Source: a virus
Taxonomy: Duplodnaviria; Caudoviricetes
Reading direction: 5' to 3' (one strand)
IMG/VR virus record: IMGVR_UViG_3300023283_000263
Coordinates: 1-64,000 of that record
Length of the DNA stretch: 64,000 bases
Under the pieces are notes generated by a model. The model did not search any database, was not told the DNA's origin, and saw only the letters and a list, made by a program, of their open reading frames with translations. Position numbers and translations under genes: made by a program. Shown here piece by piece: positions 1-9,703 of this stretch. The first letter of the stretch is position 1. Each line of letters begins with the position of its first letter.

Positions 1-157
1 CCCGCTTCGACCGCGCCGTCTCGGGGCGAGCGAGGACCTCTTCGGCGGTCTCCGGCGACCCCGGGGTCGCGCCGGCGGTGGGCGGGGCCCCGATCGTCCG
101 GCCGAAGCGGCCCGGGGAATAGCACCGACCCCGCGGGTCTCGCTACTCTAGAACGTC

Positions 158-490
158 ATGGCCGACCGCGAAATCGAAGTCGTCTTCATCGGCTCGGACA
201 ACCTCGTCGAAATCCGCAACTTGCGGGACGAGGTCGCCGGCGTGCTGCTGGAGGGGGCCGCCGTCACCGCCCGGGTCCTGGACGCGGCGAGCGGGGACCC
301 CGTCGCCGGGGTCCCCGACCCCGTCGCGTTCGTCGAGGTCTCCGGGTTCAAGGGGCTCTATCGAGGGGTCATCCCGGACGCGGCGACGCTGACGGTGGGC
401 CAGCGCCTCAAGATCGAGATCACGGCGGACGGCGGGGCCGGCAAGAAGCGCCGCTTCGTGGTCGAGGCCAGGGCCCGGGAGGAGGATTAG
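158..490 (+). CDS. Hypothetical protein, probable small beta-rich virion accessory protein
   Basis: ORF with typical GC3-rich codons; TACTCT -10-like box at 144-149 upstream. Confidence 0.55.
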   Translation: MADREIEVVFIGSDNLVEIRNLRDEVAGVLLEGAAVTARVLDAASGDPVAGVPDPVAFVEVSGFKGLYRGVIPDAATLTVGQRLKIEITADGGAGKKRRFVVEARAREED

Positions 491-492
491 GC

Positions 493-828
493 GTGCCCCT
501 GGAGCCTCAGGAGCGAGACCAGCTCAACCGGATCGAGGGCGCGCTCGGCGAGGTCTCGGGGAGGCTAGCCGCTTACCAGGAGACGCACGACCGCGACGTC
601 CGGGCCGTCCACAGGCGCGTCGACGAGGTGAAGGCCGATCTGCGGCGCGACCTCGCGGACGTCGAGAAGAGGACGTGTAGAAAGGTCAAGCGCGTCGCCG
701 AGGCGTCCGGCACCGGGCCGCGGAGTCGAGCCGTCCAAGGGGCCACCGGCGCGGCTGGCGGAGCCGTCGCGACGGCGTGCATCGTCCTGATCGAGTGGAT
801 CCGGTCGCGGGTCTTGAGCGGAGGGTAG
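493..828 (+). CDS. Holin-like/XhlA-like protein with C-terminal hydrophobic segment
   Basis: Coiled N-terminus, C-terminal AVATACIVLIEWI segment, immediately upstream of endolysin. Confidence 0.45.
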   Translation: MPLEPQERDQLNRIEGALGEVSGRLAAYQETHDRDVRAVHRRVDEVKADLRRDLADVEKRTCRKVKRVAEASGTGPRSRAVQGATGAAGGAVATACIVLIEWIRSRVLSGG

Positions 829-830
829 TC

Positions 831-1376
831 GTGGCGCGAGACGTGGATCTCCTGGTGCCGGGTTTTCGCTGCGCTTACGCGGACCTGCTCGACGGTTTGC
901 AAGCGGCGGGGCACGAGCTGCGCCCGTTCTTTACGCTCCGGACGCCCAGCGAGCAAGCGAAGCTCTGGCGGCAGTCGCGGTCGACCGCGGAGATCGAGGC
1001 CGCGGCAAAGAGGCTCCGTCTCGCCGGGGCTCCTCGGCTCGCCGGCGTGTTGATCGAGGTCGGTCCGCAGTTCGGCCGCTGGGCGACGAACGCGCTCCCG
1101 GGCTACTCGTGGCACAATTGGGGGGAGGCGGCGGACGCCTTCGTCGTCGGCCCCGCCGGCGAAGCCGTCTGGGACGCGGACGACGCCGGGTACCGGGCCT
1201 ACGCCGAGGCCGCGGAGGAAGTCCTGCTCACGAGCGGGGCGTCTTGGGGCGATCCGGTCCACGTTCAGCTACGATCCGACGAGGTGCCGGACTTGATGAC
1301 TGCGGAGCAAATCGAGCGCGCCATGCTGGTGCGCTTCCCCGAGGAGATGGAGGACGCCATGACAGACCGACCGTAA
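831..1376 (+). CDS. Endolysin, peptidase M15 (L-Ala-D-Glu peptidase-like)
   Basis: RTPSEQAKLW (RxxxxQ) and SWHNWGEAAD (SxHxxGxAxD) zinc motifs; GTG at 831 behind GGAGGG RBS. Confidence 0.8.
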   Translation: MARDVDLLVPGFRCAYADLLDGLQAAGHELRPFFTLRTPSEQAKLWRQSRSTAEIEAAAKRLRLAGAPRLAGVLIEVGPQFGRWATNALPGYSWHNWGEAADAFVVGPAGEAVWDADDAGYRAYAEAAEEVLLTSGASWGDPVHVQLRSDEVPDLMTAEQIERAMLVRFPEEMEDAMTDRP

Positions 1377-1388
1377 AAGGAGGTCGTC

Positions 1389-1553
1389 GTGGCGAAGAAA
1401 ATCGAGGCGCGCCGGCGGGCGCGTCGCTGGGCCGCGAGCGCGAGTGCTCTGAGAGGACCGCTCAAGAAGCCCGCCGGGTTCGAGAAGTGGTTCTACGATG
1501 GGCCGTCGCTCCACTTCGGGCACTCCCCGCCCAAAAAGAAGGGCGGCCGGTAG
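1389..1553 (+). CDS. Small basic hypothetical protein (54 aa, not in ORF track)
   Basis: AAAGGAGG RBS then GTG; MAKKIEARRRARRW...KKKGGR stop. Confidence 0.5.
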   Translation: MAKKIEARRRARRWAASASALRGPLKKPAGFEKWFYDGPSLHFGHSPPKKKGGR

Positions 1554-1698
1554 CTGTAGCAGCAAGGGCGGCGTGCAATACAGCAGGATCGCACGCGATC
1601 GTGCAATAAAAGCGGAGATCAGCAGGTATAGCGGCCCCGCGGGCGGGGCTTACATTTCAGATTCGACGCGACCCCGGGGTCGCGGGAGGAGGAAAGCC

Positions 1699-1926
1699 AT
1701 GCTCAAGCGCGTTCTGAATTCCAAGAAGACGGTCCTGACCCTCGTTGGGCTGGCCGCCGCGGCGGTGTCCGAGGTCACGGGTCTGGGCCCCGAGGTCGGC
1801 GAGCACGCGACCGAGGTCGTCGTCGCCGCCTTCGGGCTCCTGACGACCATCCAGGCGGCCCTAGACTTCAAGTGGGGGTCCGCCTCGGACGAGACCGGGA
1901 GCTTCGGGCCCGTCGACAAGGAGTAG
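1699..1926 (+). CDS. Holin-like membrane protein
   Basis: GGAGGAGG RBS, ATG 1699, two hydrophobic segments, lysis-gene context. Confidence 0.6.
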   Translation: MLKRVLNSKKTVLTLVGLAAAAVSEVTGLGPEVGEHATEVVVAAFGLLTTIQAALDFKWGSASDETGSFGPVDKE

Positions 1927-2000
1927 CGTAGCCGCGCGGGGCTCTCGACCGCGGGGGCCCCGCGTTCTACCCTTCCAATCGAACCGATGGGGAGACGACA

Positions 2001-2648
2001 GTGATCAAGAGAAGCCTGACCCCCGTACTGCTCGTCGCCGCGTTCGCCGCGTCGAGCGCTCTCGGATGCGCCGCCGTGCGCGACGCCGAGACCCCCGCCC
2101 AGAAGTTCTTCGCCGCGCAGGGTACCTACAACATCGCCCTGCAGGTGGCCGTCAACTACGCCGAATCGCCCGGGGCCGACCCCGAGGTCGTGCGGAGCAT
2201 CGCCGAGATCGACCAGCGCGCCCAGCAGGCCATCGTCGCCGGTCAGACCGCGGTGCGGACCGAAGACGGAGATACCCGGGATCGAATCCTCCTCGCTTCC
2301 GCCTCCGCTCTGCAGAGGCTCACGGCGGAACTCAGAACGCGCATCTCCGAAGGAACCGAGGCGTCGGCCGCCCTGTTCGTGCTCGCCGGTCCCGGCGCGA
2401 TCCTGGTACTGCTCAAGCTACTCGACGTCCTGGCCGTGCTCCTGGCTTCATACCCGGGTGCGAAGGACAGGTTCGACCGGCTCTCTGCGAAAGTCAGAAC
2501 GATGGTCGAGGAAGGGCGGGACCCGACGGACGAGGAGTGGGACGAGCTGAACGCGGAGACCCGAGAGCTTTCGGATCGGCTGCAGGCCGCCGCGCCCTTC
2601 AACTCGCGGTCGTCGACAGCGAGCGCGCCGCCCGAGGAGGGGACCTAG
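2001..2648 (+). CDS. Lipoprotein with second hydrophobic segment; spanin candidate
   Basis: Signal peptide with lipobox ALGC; internal hydrophobic stretch ALFVLAGPGAILVLLKLLDVLAVLLA. Confidence 0.55.
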   Translation: MIKRSLTPVLLVAAFAASSALGCAAVRDAETPAQKFFAAQGTYNIALQVAVNYAESPGADPEVVRSIAEIDQRAQQAIVAGQTAVRTEDGDTRDRILLASASALQRLTAELRTRISEGTEASAALFVLAGPGAILVLLKLLDVLAVLLASYPGAKDRFDRLSAKVRTMVEEGRDPTDEEWDELNAETRELSDRLQAAAPFNSRSSTASAPPEEGT

Positions 2649-3290
2649 ATGTCCGGGCTCGGCCGCATACCGTCGTCCCCGTTCCTCCCGGCGATCCCGC
2701 TGTCCGCGAAGATCAACGCCTTCGTCGGTCAGGCGATCACCGAGGCCCGGCGACCCGACGGGGCGTCCTTCCTGTTCGTCGCTCCGACCGGGACGGGGAG
2801 CACGTTCCTGCGCGTCGGTCCCCAAGCACAGCGCACCTTCGCGGACGGCGACGTGGACGTCGGCGCGGACGCGATCACCATCGCGAACCACGGCTACCAG
2901 GACGGGGACGGCCCGGTCCGGCTCTCGAACGCCGGCGGGGCGCTCCCAGGCGGCCTCTCCGCCGGAGTCGACTTCTGGATCCACGTCGTCGACGCGAACA
3001 CGATCCAGCTCGCCGTCAGCCAGAGCAATGCCATGCGCCGGTCGGCCGAGAACGAGGACGGCGACTCCACTCCGCTCCCGATCGTCGTGGACATCACGAG
3101 CGCGGCCGGAGGCGGGACGCACTCGATCGGCGTGACCGATCTGGCGCAGTCCTCCGCGTCGAGCGAGGACGGACAGGAGGCCCTGGAGCTGGATCCGACG
3201 GTCGACGACCGGATCCACGTCTTCCAGGCCCCCGAGGTCGTGACGTTCGACGGGGAGACCGGGGCCGTCGCCAACTACTGGTGGCTCTGA
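2649..3290 (+). CDS. Virion accessory protein with repeated beta-module
   Basis: ITIANHGYQDGDGPVRL...LPGGL...DFW module shared with 3386..4816 and the tail tube protein. Confidence 0.6.
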   Translation: MSGLGRIPSSPFLPAIPLSAKINAFVGQAITEARRPDGASFLFVAPTGTGSTFLRVGPQAQRTFADGDVDVGADAITIANHGYQDGDGPVRLSNAGGALPGGLSAGVDFWIHVVDANTIQLAVSQSNAMRRSAENEDGDSTPLPIVVDITSAAGGGTHSIGVTDLAQSSASSEDGQEALELDPTVDDRIHVFQAPEVVTFDGETGAVANYWWL

Positions 3291-3385
3291 CGTTTGCGCG
3301 CCCCGAGGGGGCGGGCTAAGTTGTACCAGACGCCGCCGGCTGGGTGTATTCGACCCGACCGGCGTCCCGACGGAGGGACGGCGAC

Positions 3386-4816
3386 ATGAGCCTCGACCTG
3401 ACGAAGCAAATCACCGAGCGCGCGTTCTCGTCGGCCGCGAATGTCCACGAGAAGGGCGACGGGACTCTGGAGTCCGCGATCCGCGGGACACTTCAAGAGG
3501 ACGCGCGCGAGAAGGTCCGCGCGCTGAACGCGGTCGACCTGGTGGACAACTCCGCCGGGGCGGGCGGCGTCGTGTTCACGGCGGACGACTCGACCGACGA
3601 GATCACCCTGGAGGTCGCCTCCGGCCTCCAGACCGGAGACGGTCCGTTCCGGCTGGCGAACACCGGGGGCGCGCTCCCCGGGGGTCTGGCCGCCGGCGCG
3701 GACTTCTGGGTGGTGCGCGAGAGCGCGACTGTGTTCCAGCTCGCGACGTCGCGGGCCAACGCTCTCGGGCGGACCGTCGTCGACGTGACGAGCGCCGGCA
3801 GCGGGACCCACTTCCTGCTCGCACTCAAGGACGGACCGGAGCTGTCCTCGAACGACCTGACCGGGCTCACTACGGGCGTCACGGCGGCTTCGGTGAACGC
3901 CGCGGCCGACACGGTGATGGACGCCTACGCCACGCTGGTCGAGCGGGCGAATCTCGTGCTCGCGGAGCTGGACGCCGGCGCCGCCGCCGAGGGGCCCGGG
4001 ACCGCGGGGGACGGCACGATCGCCGCGATCGACGACACCGCTACCGCGAACACCGACGACACCGACGCCGCGTCCTTCGACTCGGTCCGCGCCGTGCGCG
4101 AGGACCTGGAGGACGCTCAGCGGACCGTGGTCGACCTGGTGAACGTGTGCCGGGGCGCGGTCGGGCTGGACCCGGTCCCGGAGGCCGGGGTACTCGGCGA
4201 GACGTCGAGCGCGTCCGCCAGCGCCCCCGTCCCGGCCGGCGCCGAGGGTGCCGGGCGCAGCACGAAAGGCAACCTCCTCGCCGGCCGCGACCTAGTCGCG
4301 ATCTCCGACGCCGCGAACGTGGAACCGCCGTCGGCGGCCGTCCTCCTCGCGGAGTGGGACGCCTTCGTGGACCACCTGGCGGACAACGTCGCCTTCCTGG
4401 CGGACCAGCTCGACGAGGTGACGGAAGCCGGCGGCAAGGTGGCCGTGCAGGTACCGTTCTTCATCCCGCAGACCGAGTATGCGGCCGGGACCGCCGTCAA
4501 CGTGATCTCGCCGGTCGCCGGCCGCATCCGCAGCGCGCGGACCGTGGTGATGGACGAGGTCACCTCCGGCGCCGCGGCCGTGACCCTCGCGGTCAACGGG
4601 GTCGCCGTCACGGGCGCGTCGATGACGATCGCCGACGCCTCGGCGATCGGTGCCTTCAACGAGGGCGCGGTCGCCGACACGGCGACGAACGTCGTCCGGC
4701 GCGGCGACGTGATCGCCGTCTCGACCGACGGGACGCCGACCGCCGGAGCCGCGTTCGGGTTCGTGGAGATCGAGCTGGAGTCCGAGGGCAAGAAGCCCGC
4801 GGCCTTCGCCGGGTAG
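3386..4816 (+). CDS. Virion decoration/fibre-like protein
   Basis: Ala/Thr/Gly/Asp-rich; same beta-module; C-terminal cement-like beta domain; ATG 3386 with GGAGGG RBS. Confidence 0.6.
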   Translation: MSLDLTKQITERAFSSAANVHEKGDGTLESAIRGTLQEDAREKVRALNAVDLVDNSAGAGGVVFTADDSTDEITLEVASGLQTGDGPFRLANTGGALPGGLAAGADFWVVRESATVFQLATSRANALGRTVVDVTSAGSGTHFLLALKDGPELSSNDLTGLTTGVTAASVNAAADTVMDAYATLVERANLVLAELDAGAAAEGPGTAGDGTIAAIDDTATANTDDTDAASFDSVRAVREDLEDAQRTVVDLVNVCRGAVGLDPVPEAGVLGETSSASASAPVPAGAEGAGRSTKGNLLAGRDLVAISDAANVEPPSAAVLLAEWDAFVDHLADNVAFLADQLDEVTEAGGKVAVQVPFFIPQTEYAAGTAVNVISPVAGRIRSARTVVMDEVTSGAAAVTLAVNGVAVTGASMTIADASAIGAFNEGAVADTATNVVRRGDVIAVSTDGTPTAGAAFGFVEIELESEGKKPAAFAG

Positions 4817-5018
4817 AGGAAGCGCCGGAGAAGCGGGACCGGTCCACCACCGCCCGCTGGGGTCGCCCGAGGGGGGCGGGCGGCCCCGCTCCGGGGCCTT
4901 CGCCGATCGGAGGACGCGAGACGCGGACGCGCGCCGAGGGGTCGGCGACGTCCGCGCCCTGCTGCCCGTCACCCGATCGGCCCTTCTCGGCACTCTGACT
5001 CAGGAGGATCGACCCCCC

Positions 5019-6251
5019 GTGATAGAGACCACCCTCCGCGCCAAGCTCCCCCTCGTCGCGGTCCGCACTTCCGACCCAGTCCACGCGCCGCACGTCGTCG
5101 GCTACCTCGCCGGTCGAGACCGTTCGCCGGCGCCCCTGTTCGACGGACGCAACGTCGACCAGGACGTCGTCTACTGCTGCCTCGGGAACCCCCCGGCGCC
5201 GCGCTCCCCGGCGAAAGCCTCCCGGCGCGACGCGGACCCCGCCGAGCTGCACGAGCGCTTCGCGGGCGCGGGGTCGACGCTCGTCATGGTCAACCCCAAC
5301 GGCGCCGGAGAGTACGCCTTCGACGCCGGCGAGCTGCCGACGCCTCCGGGCGCCGTCGCCGCGTGGCTCGGGCGCCTCGGGATGCGGAGAACCCAAATAG
5401 ACGCGGCTCTGCCGGCGCTCGGCGGTCTGACGCTGCGCGAGGTCGACTGGGTGGTCCGCATCGCGACGGCCGACGGGAGCTGGTCGCCGGCGGACCTCGC
5501 TCGCGCCAGACGGCGAGTCGTCCGCCCCCGCGGCGGGCTGGTCCAGGTCCCGGCGGAGCCGCCGCCAGGTTACAGCGCGCCGAATGCGCTGAAGACCCTG
5601 CTCGTCGACTGGCGGCCCCTCCTCCTGCGGAAGGATGTCGATCGACGGCTCGTCCCGCGCGGGCTGCTCCTGGACGGCGAGCCGGGGACCGGGAAGACCA
5701 CGGCCGCGAAGGCCGTCGCCCGCGACCTGGGGGTCCCCCTCTACCGCTTCGACGCCGCGGCCGTCCGCAATAAGTTCGTCGGCGAGAGCGAGAAAGCTCT
5801 CCAAGCGGCGCTGTCGGCCGCGGACCGAGCCGCGCCCTGCGTCCTGTTGATCGACGAGATCGAGAAGCTCTTCTCGGAGCGCGACGACGAGGGCGCGACG
5901 GCCGGGATTCTGGCCGAGCTGCTCTGGTGGCTCTCCGAACATGAGACGCGGGTCCTCGCGGTCGCCACGACGAACGACCGGACGGTCATACCGCCCGAGC
6001 TGATTCGACCGGGCAGGTTCGACGAGGTCGCGACGCTGGAGAGGCTGACGGAGCCGCAGGCCCGCGACCTAGCTCTCGGACTGGCGCGGACCTACCCGGA
6101 CGTCGAAGTCTCGCGAGAGGCGATTCTCCGGCGTCTGATTCAAGCCGGCTCCGCGGTCCTCCCCGGCTTGACCCCGGCCGAAGTCGAGGCCGTCGTGGTG
6201 GCGGAGGTCCGGAAGGCGATCCTCGCCCGCGACCCCGGGGTCGCGAAGTGA
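5019..6251 (+). CDS. AAA+ ATPase (SpoVK/Ycf46-like)
   Basis: Walker A GEPGTGKT, Walker B LLIDEIEK, ATTN sensor and RPGRFD arginine finger. Confidence 0.85.
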   Translation: MIETTLRAKLPLVAVRTSDPVHAPHVVGYLAGRDRSPAPLFDGRNVDQDVVYCCLGNPPAPRSPAKASRRDADPAELHERFAGAGSTLVMVNPNGAGEYAFDAGELPTPPGAVAAWLGRLGMRRTQIDAALPALGGLTLREVDWVVRIATADGSWSPADLARARRRVVRPRGGLVQVPAEPPPGYSAPNALKTLLVDWRPLLLRKDVDRRLVPRGLLLDGEPGTGKTTAAKAVARDLGVPLYRFDAAAVRNKFVGESEKALQAALSAADRAAPCVLLIDEIEKLFSERDDEGATAGILAELLWWLSEHETRVLAVATTNDRTVIPPELIRPGRFDEVATLERLTEPQARDLALGLARTYPDVEVSREAILRRLIQAGSAVLPGLTPAEVEAVVVAEVRKAILARDPGVAK

Positions 6252-7297
6252 GCGAGAGCAAGAAGCGAGAGCGCCTGGCCCCGCGGGGCGTGTTCGCGGA
6301 ATTAGCCGGGACCCAGGCCGCCGGGGCCGCTCTCCTCCACCGGATCGCCCACTGGCAGCGGTACGCCGAGCTGCGGCGAGGCCCCGGTGCTTCGTGGATC
6401 GCGAAGAGCTACGCGGAGTGGGCGGAAGAGACGGGCCTCAGCCAACGGCAGGTGAGGAGGTGGTTTCCTCGACTTCGGGCCGCCGGTCTCGTGGAGTACG
6501 AGCAGCACTTCTTCGGCTCCAGATGCCTTACCTGGGCGCGCTTGACCCGGTCCGCGCGGGGCTTCCTTCTCTACACTAGCGAGGGACGAAAAGGGCACCC
6601 CGGGGTGCCCGAAAAGGGGCAGACCGGGGTGCCCGAAAAGGGGCACCCCTCCTATCTAGAAGCACAGGAGACTTCACTGGAGACGTGCAGGGACGACTTT
6701 TCAAGTCGTCCGCACACACCGAGCCTTCGGCTCGTCCAGGGGGGAGACCAGGAGGAAAAGAACGTGAAGCGAAAATCCTTCCTGACGTCGGACGTGCTCG
6801 CGAAGCTCGAAGAGTCGAAGGACGAGTCGGTCCGCGAAGACGACCTCCGCGCCGCGATCGAGGAGTGCGCCGCGCGCCCCGGCGAGAAGCGGCTTGTCGC
6901 GGTCTGGCGCCTCGCGTGGCTCCTGGCGTGGCCCGGGGAGACGGCCTTCGTTCCGCGGGGGGAGCACGCCGCGAAGCTCCGGCTGCTGGCCCGGCGGCTC
7001 GGGGGCTACGACGTGGCCGCGCCGATCGTGGCCGAGGTGCTCTCGCGGTGGGGGGAGCTGGCGCGCTTCCTGGACGAACGCCACGGCCTGCCGGCCTCGC
7101 GGATGGGCCGGCCGACGCCGGGGCTGCTGCTCTACTACGTCTCGGTCGTGGTCGATTGGGCCCGAGGAGACGCGGCGAAGAAGAAGCGCCCGAGCGGGAC
7201 GTTCACCCCGGGGAGCGAGAACCGGCGCAGGTACCTGGAGAGGATCAAGGCGAAGAAGGAGCGCTCGGGGGGCGAGGTCGATGACGAAGGCGGCTGA
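6248..7297 (+). CDS. Replication initiator-like protein (N-terminal winged HTH)
   Basis: KSYAEWAEETGLSQRQVRRWFPRLRAAGLVE HTH; internal tandem repeats; upstream of loader-like and helicase genes. Confidence 0.65.
   Translation: MSESKKRERLAPRGVFAELAGTQAAGAALLHRIAHWQRYAELRRGPGASWIAKSYAEWAEETGLSQRQVRRWFPRLRAAGLVEYEQHFFGSRCLTWARLTRSARGFLLYTSEGRKGHPGVPEKGQTGVPEKGHPSYLEAQETSLETCRDDFSSRPHTPSLRLVQGGDQEEKNVKRKSFLTSDVLAKLEESKDESVREDDLRAAIEECAARPGEKRLVAVWRLAWLLAWPGETAFVPRGEHAAKLRLLARRLGGYDVAAPIVAEVLSRWGELARFLDERHGLPASRMGRPTPGLLLYYVSVVVDWARGDAAKKKRPSGTFTPGSENRRRYLERIKAKKERSGGEVDDEGG
6587..6649 (+). repeat. Iteron-like tandem repeats (~2.6 x 23-24 bp CGAAAAGGG(G)CA..CGGGGTGCC); putative origin
   Basis: Direct repeats inside the initiator gene; first unit contains palindrome GGGCACCCCGGGGTGCCC (6593-6610). 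Confidence 0.65.
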
Positions 7298-7429
7298 GGC
7301 TGCGCGCTTTGGCGCCTCCCGGGACTTCGCGCTCCGGGTGGGCGCCGGGGAGGGCCCGATCGACGGAGACGATCCTAGGCCGTCCTTGCCGGTTCGCTGC
7401 CGGCGACGGGCGACCCCGGGGTCGCGGCG

Positions 7430-7963
7430 GTGATCTCGCTCGCGGAGGCGCGGGACCAGCGCCTCGTGACCGAGCGCCACGAGCGGCTCCTCGGGGACGC
7501 CGACTACTACGCGGCGCTGGCCGGGATCGAGCCCGAGTGGCTCTGGCAGCCGTTGAGCCCCCACGTCGGGGTCCGCGAGTACGAGTGGGTCCGGCGCGCG
7601 AAGGCGAGCCCGACGGCCGGGCTGGTCCTCGCCGGCGATCCGGCGGACGGGGCCCCGCCCCCCGAAAGACTCGCGGCGATGGCGGGGGCTCTGGTCCGGG
7701 CGTTCGTGGATGCGCGGGTGAGGACGCTGAAGACGGCGCTGGACGACCCGGGCGCCCGGGACTGCACGGTTCTACTGGTGCCAGACTTCTTCCCGGCGGC
7801 GCGGAAGCTCCCCGGCTGGGTGAAGCAGGAGGCCGCGAGTTTACTCATGGCGCGCGCCGGGAAGAAGACCGTCGTGTACGTCGCCGACCTGGACGCGGCG
7901 CTCGCGGAGTTCGGCGAAGGAGCGGCGAGCGTGCTCTCCCGCTACGACGCGGTGGACCTGTGA
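7430..7963 (+). CDS. DnaC/IstB-like helicase loader, degenerate (no intact Walker A)
   Basis: Between initiator and DnaB; GLVLAG..., VLLVPDF Walker-B-like segment. Confidence 0.4.
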   Translation: MISLAEARDQRLVTERHERLLGDADYYAALAGIEPEWLWQPLSPHVGVREYEWVRRAKASPTAGLVLAGDPADGAPPPERLAAMAGALVRAFVDARVRTLKTALDDPGARDCTVLLVPDFFPAARKLPGWVKQEAASLLMARAGKKTVVYVADLDAALAEFGEGAASVLSRYDAVDL

Positions 7964-9294
7964 CGACGACGCGCAAGCTGCCGGGGCTCAAGCTCGTCGC
8001 CGCGATGGCGCGCAGCGGGGAGCTGGACTTCTACGTGCGCAACGCCTCGGCTCTACCGCTGCTCGCGGTCGGAGAGACCGAGCGCCGGGCGTTCGAGTAC
8101 GTGGCCGCGTTCGTCTCGCGGCACGGCAAGATCCCGTCCGCCGCGACCGTCGAGCGCGACCTGCGGCAGCGGCTCCCGGCGACGGAGGAGCCGCCGTCGT
8201 ACTACCTCGACGGGCTGCAGAAGCGGCGGCTCCACGGGGAGCTGCGCGACGCCGCCGAGGAGGCGAACCGCTACTTGACGGCCGAAGAGTACGACCCGCG
8301 GCGCGCGCTCTCGGTCCTGAGCGACGCCGTCGGGCGTCTCTCCCGCGAGCAGCAGGCCGGCCGGATCGTCGACTACCGCGAGGCGGGCGACGCGATCCTC
8401 GGGGCCTACGCCGCGGCGGCGACGGGCGAGCGCGTCGGCGTGGACTTGGGCTGGCCTACGCTGGACGGCCAGCAGGGCGGCGCCGGGCCGGGCGACCTCG
8501 TGTCGATCGCCGGACGCCCCGCCGTAGGCAAGACCTGGCTCGTCGTCTCGGCGGCGATGCACCTGTGGAGGACCGGCGGATCGCCGCTCCTCGTGTCGAT
8601 GGAGATGCGCCCGTCGCTGATCCTCCGGAGGATCGCGGCGCTCGACGCCGGCGTCCCGGCTCGGGAGCTTCGACTCGGGAAGCTCAGCCAGGCCGGGTCG
8701 AGCGACATCGCGGGCGACCGCGAACGGCTGGAGGAGAGCCTCCGCCGCGCGGCCGACGTCGAGCAGCCGTTCTGGGTCGTCGACGGGAACCTCGCGATTC
8801 AGGTCCAGGACCTGGTACTCCTCGCGCGGCAGCTCAAGCCGAGCGCGGTGTACGTCGACGGGGCGTACATGATGCGCCACCCGGACCCGCGCCTGTCGCG
8901 GTTCCGGCGCGTCGACGAGGTCTGCGAGCAGCTCAAGCGCGACCTGGCGGAGGGGTGCGATCTCCCCGTGATCGCGTCCTGGCAGTTCAACCGCGAGGCG
9001 GACCGGAAGATGCATCGGGCTCGCCCCGGATCGGACGCGACGGCGTCGGTCGGACTCGACGACATCGCGCACTCCGACGAGATCGGGAAGCTCTCGTCGG
9101 TGGTCCTCGCGCTCTTCCAGGAGGACACGCCGGAAACGATCGAGGAGAAGACGGTCGCCATCCGGAAGGGCCGGGAGGGGGAGCAGGGCCGGTTCCGGAT
9201 CCGGTGGAACTTCAAGCGGATGCGGTTCGACGAAATCGACGACCTGGAGGCCCCCGAGGGGGACGAGGAGATCGACCCGGAGGTTCTGGGATGA
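7960..9294 (+). CDS. dnaB: DnaB-like replicative helicase
   Basis: GRPAVGKT Walker A, VSMEM, VYVDGAY, SWQFNR motifs; GTG 7960 overlaps upstream stop. Confidence 0.88.
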   Translation: MTTTRKLPGLKLVAAMARSGELDFYVRNASALPLLAVGETERRAFEYVAAFVSRHGKIPSAATVERDLRQRLPATEEPPSYYLDGLQKRRLHGELRDAAEEANRYLTAEEYDPRRALSVLSDAVGRLSREQQAGRIVDYREAGDAILGAYAAAATGERVGVDLGWPTLDGQQGGAGPGDLVSIAGRPAVGKTWLVVSAAMHLWRTGGSPLLVSMEMRPSLILRRIAALDAGVPARELRLGKLSQAGSSDIAGDRERLEESLRRAADVEQPFWVVDGNLAIQVQDLVLLARQLKPSAVYVDGAYMMRHPDPRLSRFRRVDEVCEQLKRDLAEGCDLPVIASWQFNREADRKMHRARPGSDATASVGLDDIAHSDEIGKLSSVVLALFQEDTPETIEEKTVAIRKGREGEQGRFRIRWNFKRMRFDEIDDLEAPEGDEEIDPEVLG

Positions 9295-9386
9295 CCCCCT
9301 CGGGTCGGGCCGCGTGAGTTGCGTACTAAAGTTGCTATAAGTAGCGTAGTTGCGCGCGGTTTTTCTGCTCAAGCCCCTCAAGCCCC

Positions 9387-9414
9387 TCAAGTCCTCGGGC
9401 CGATCGGCCGATAA
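9387..9414 (+). promoter_or_regulatory. Sigma-28-like promoter P1 TCAAG-N15-GCCGATAA
   Basis: Exact match to FliA-type -10 box; preceded by CTCAAGCCC x3 tandem. Confidence 0.7.
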
Positions 9415-9457
9415 GAAGGACATGAACGGCGGAAGGAACGAAGGAGGACGGAAGACG

Positions 9458-9703
9458 ATGACCCGAGAGATCCGGCGCGATGGCCGAACGACTGGACGCT
9501 GGCCGCGCTACCGCCTGATTGTCGACGGCGTGGATGTTGGCGAGATCCGCCGCACAGTGTCGATGGGGCGCGACGGGCTCGCCGGTCGCCGCCAGCCCCG
9601 GGCGGATGCGTGGGCGATCAGCGGGACCGAGTGCGCGAGCCGCGACGAGGCGGAGAGCCGGCTCATCGAGCGGGCGGTGGGGTTCGGGTACCTGAGGAGA
9701 TAG
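9458..9703 (+). CDS. Small hypothetical protein
   Basis: GGAGGACG RBS, ATG 9458, downstream of P1. Confidence 0.6.
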   Translation: MTREIRRDGRTTGRWPRYRLIVDGVDVGEIRRTVSMGRDGLAGRRQPRADAWAISGTECASRDEAESRLIERAVGFGYLRR

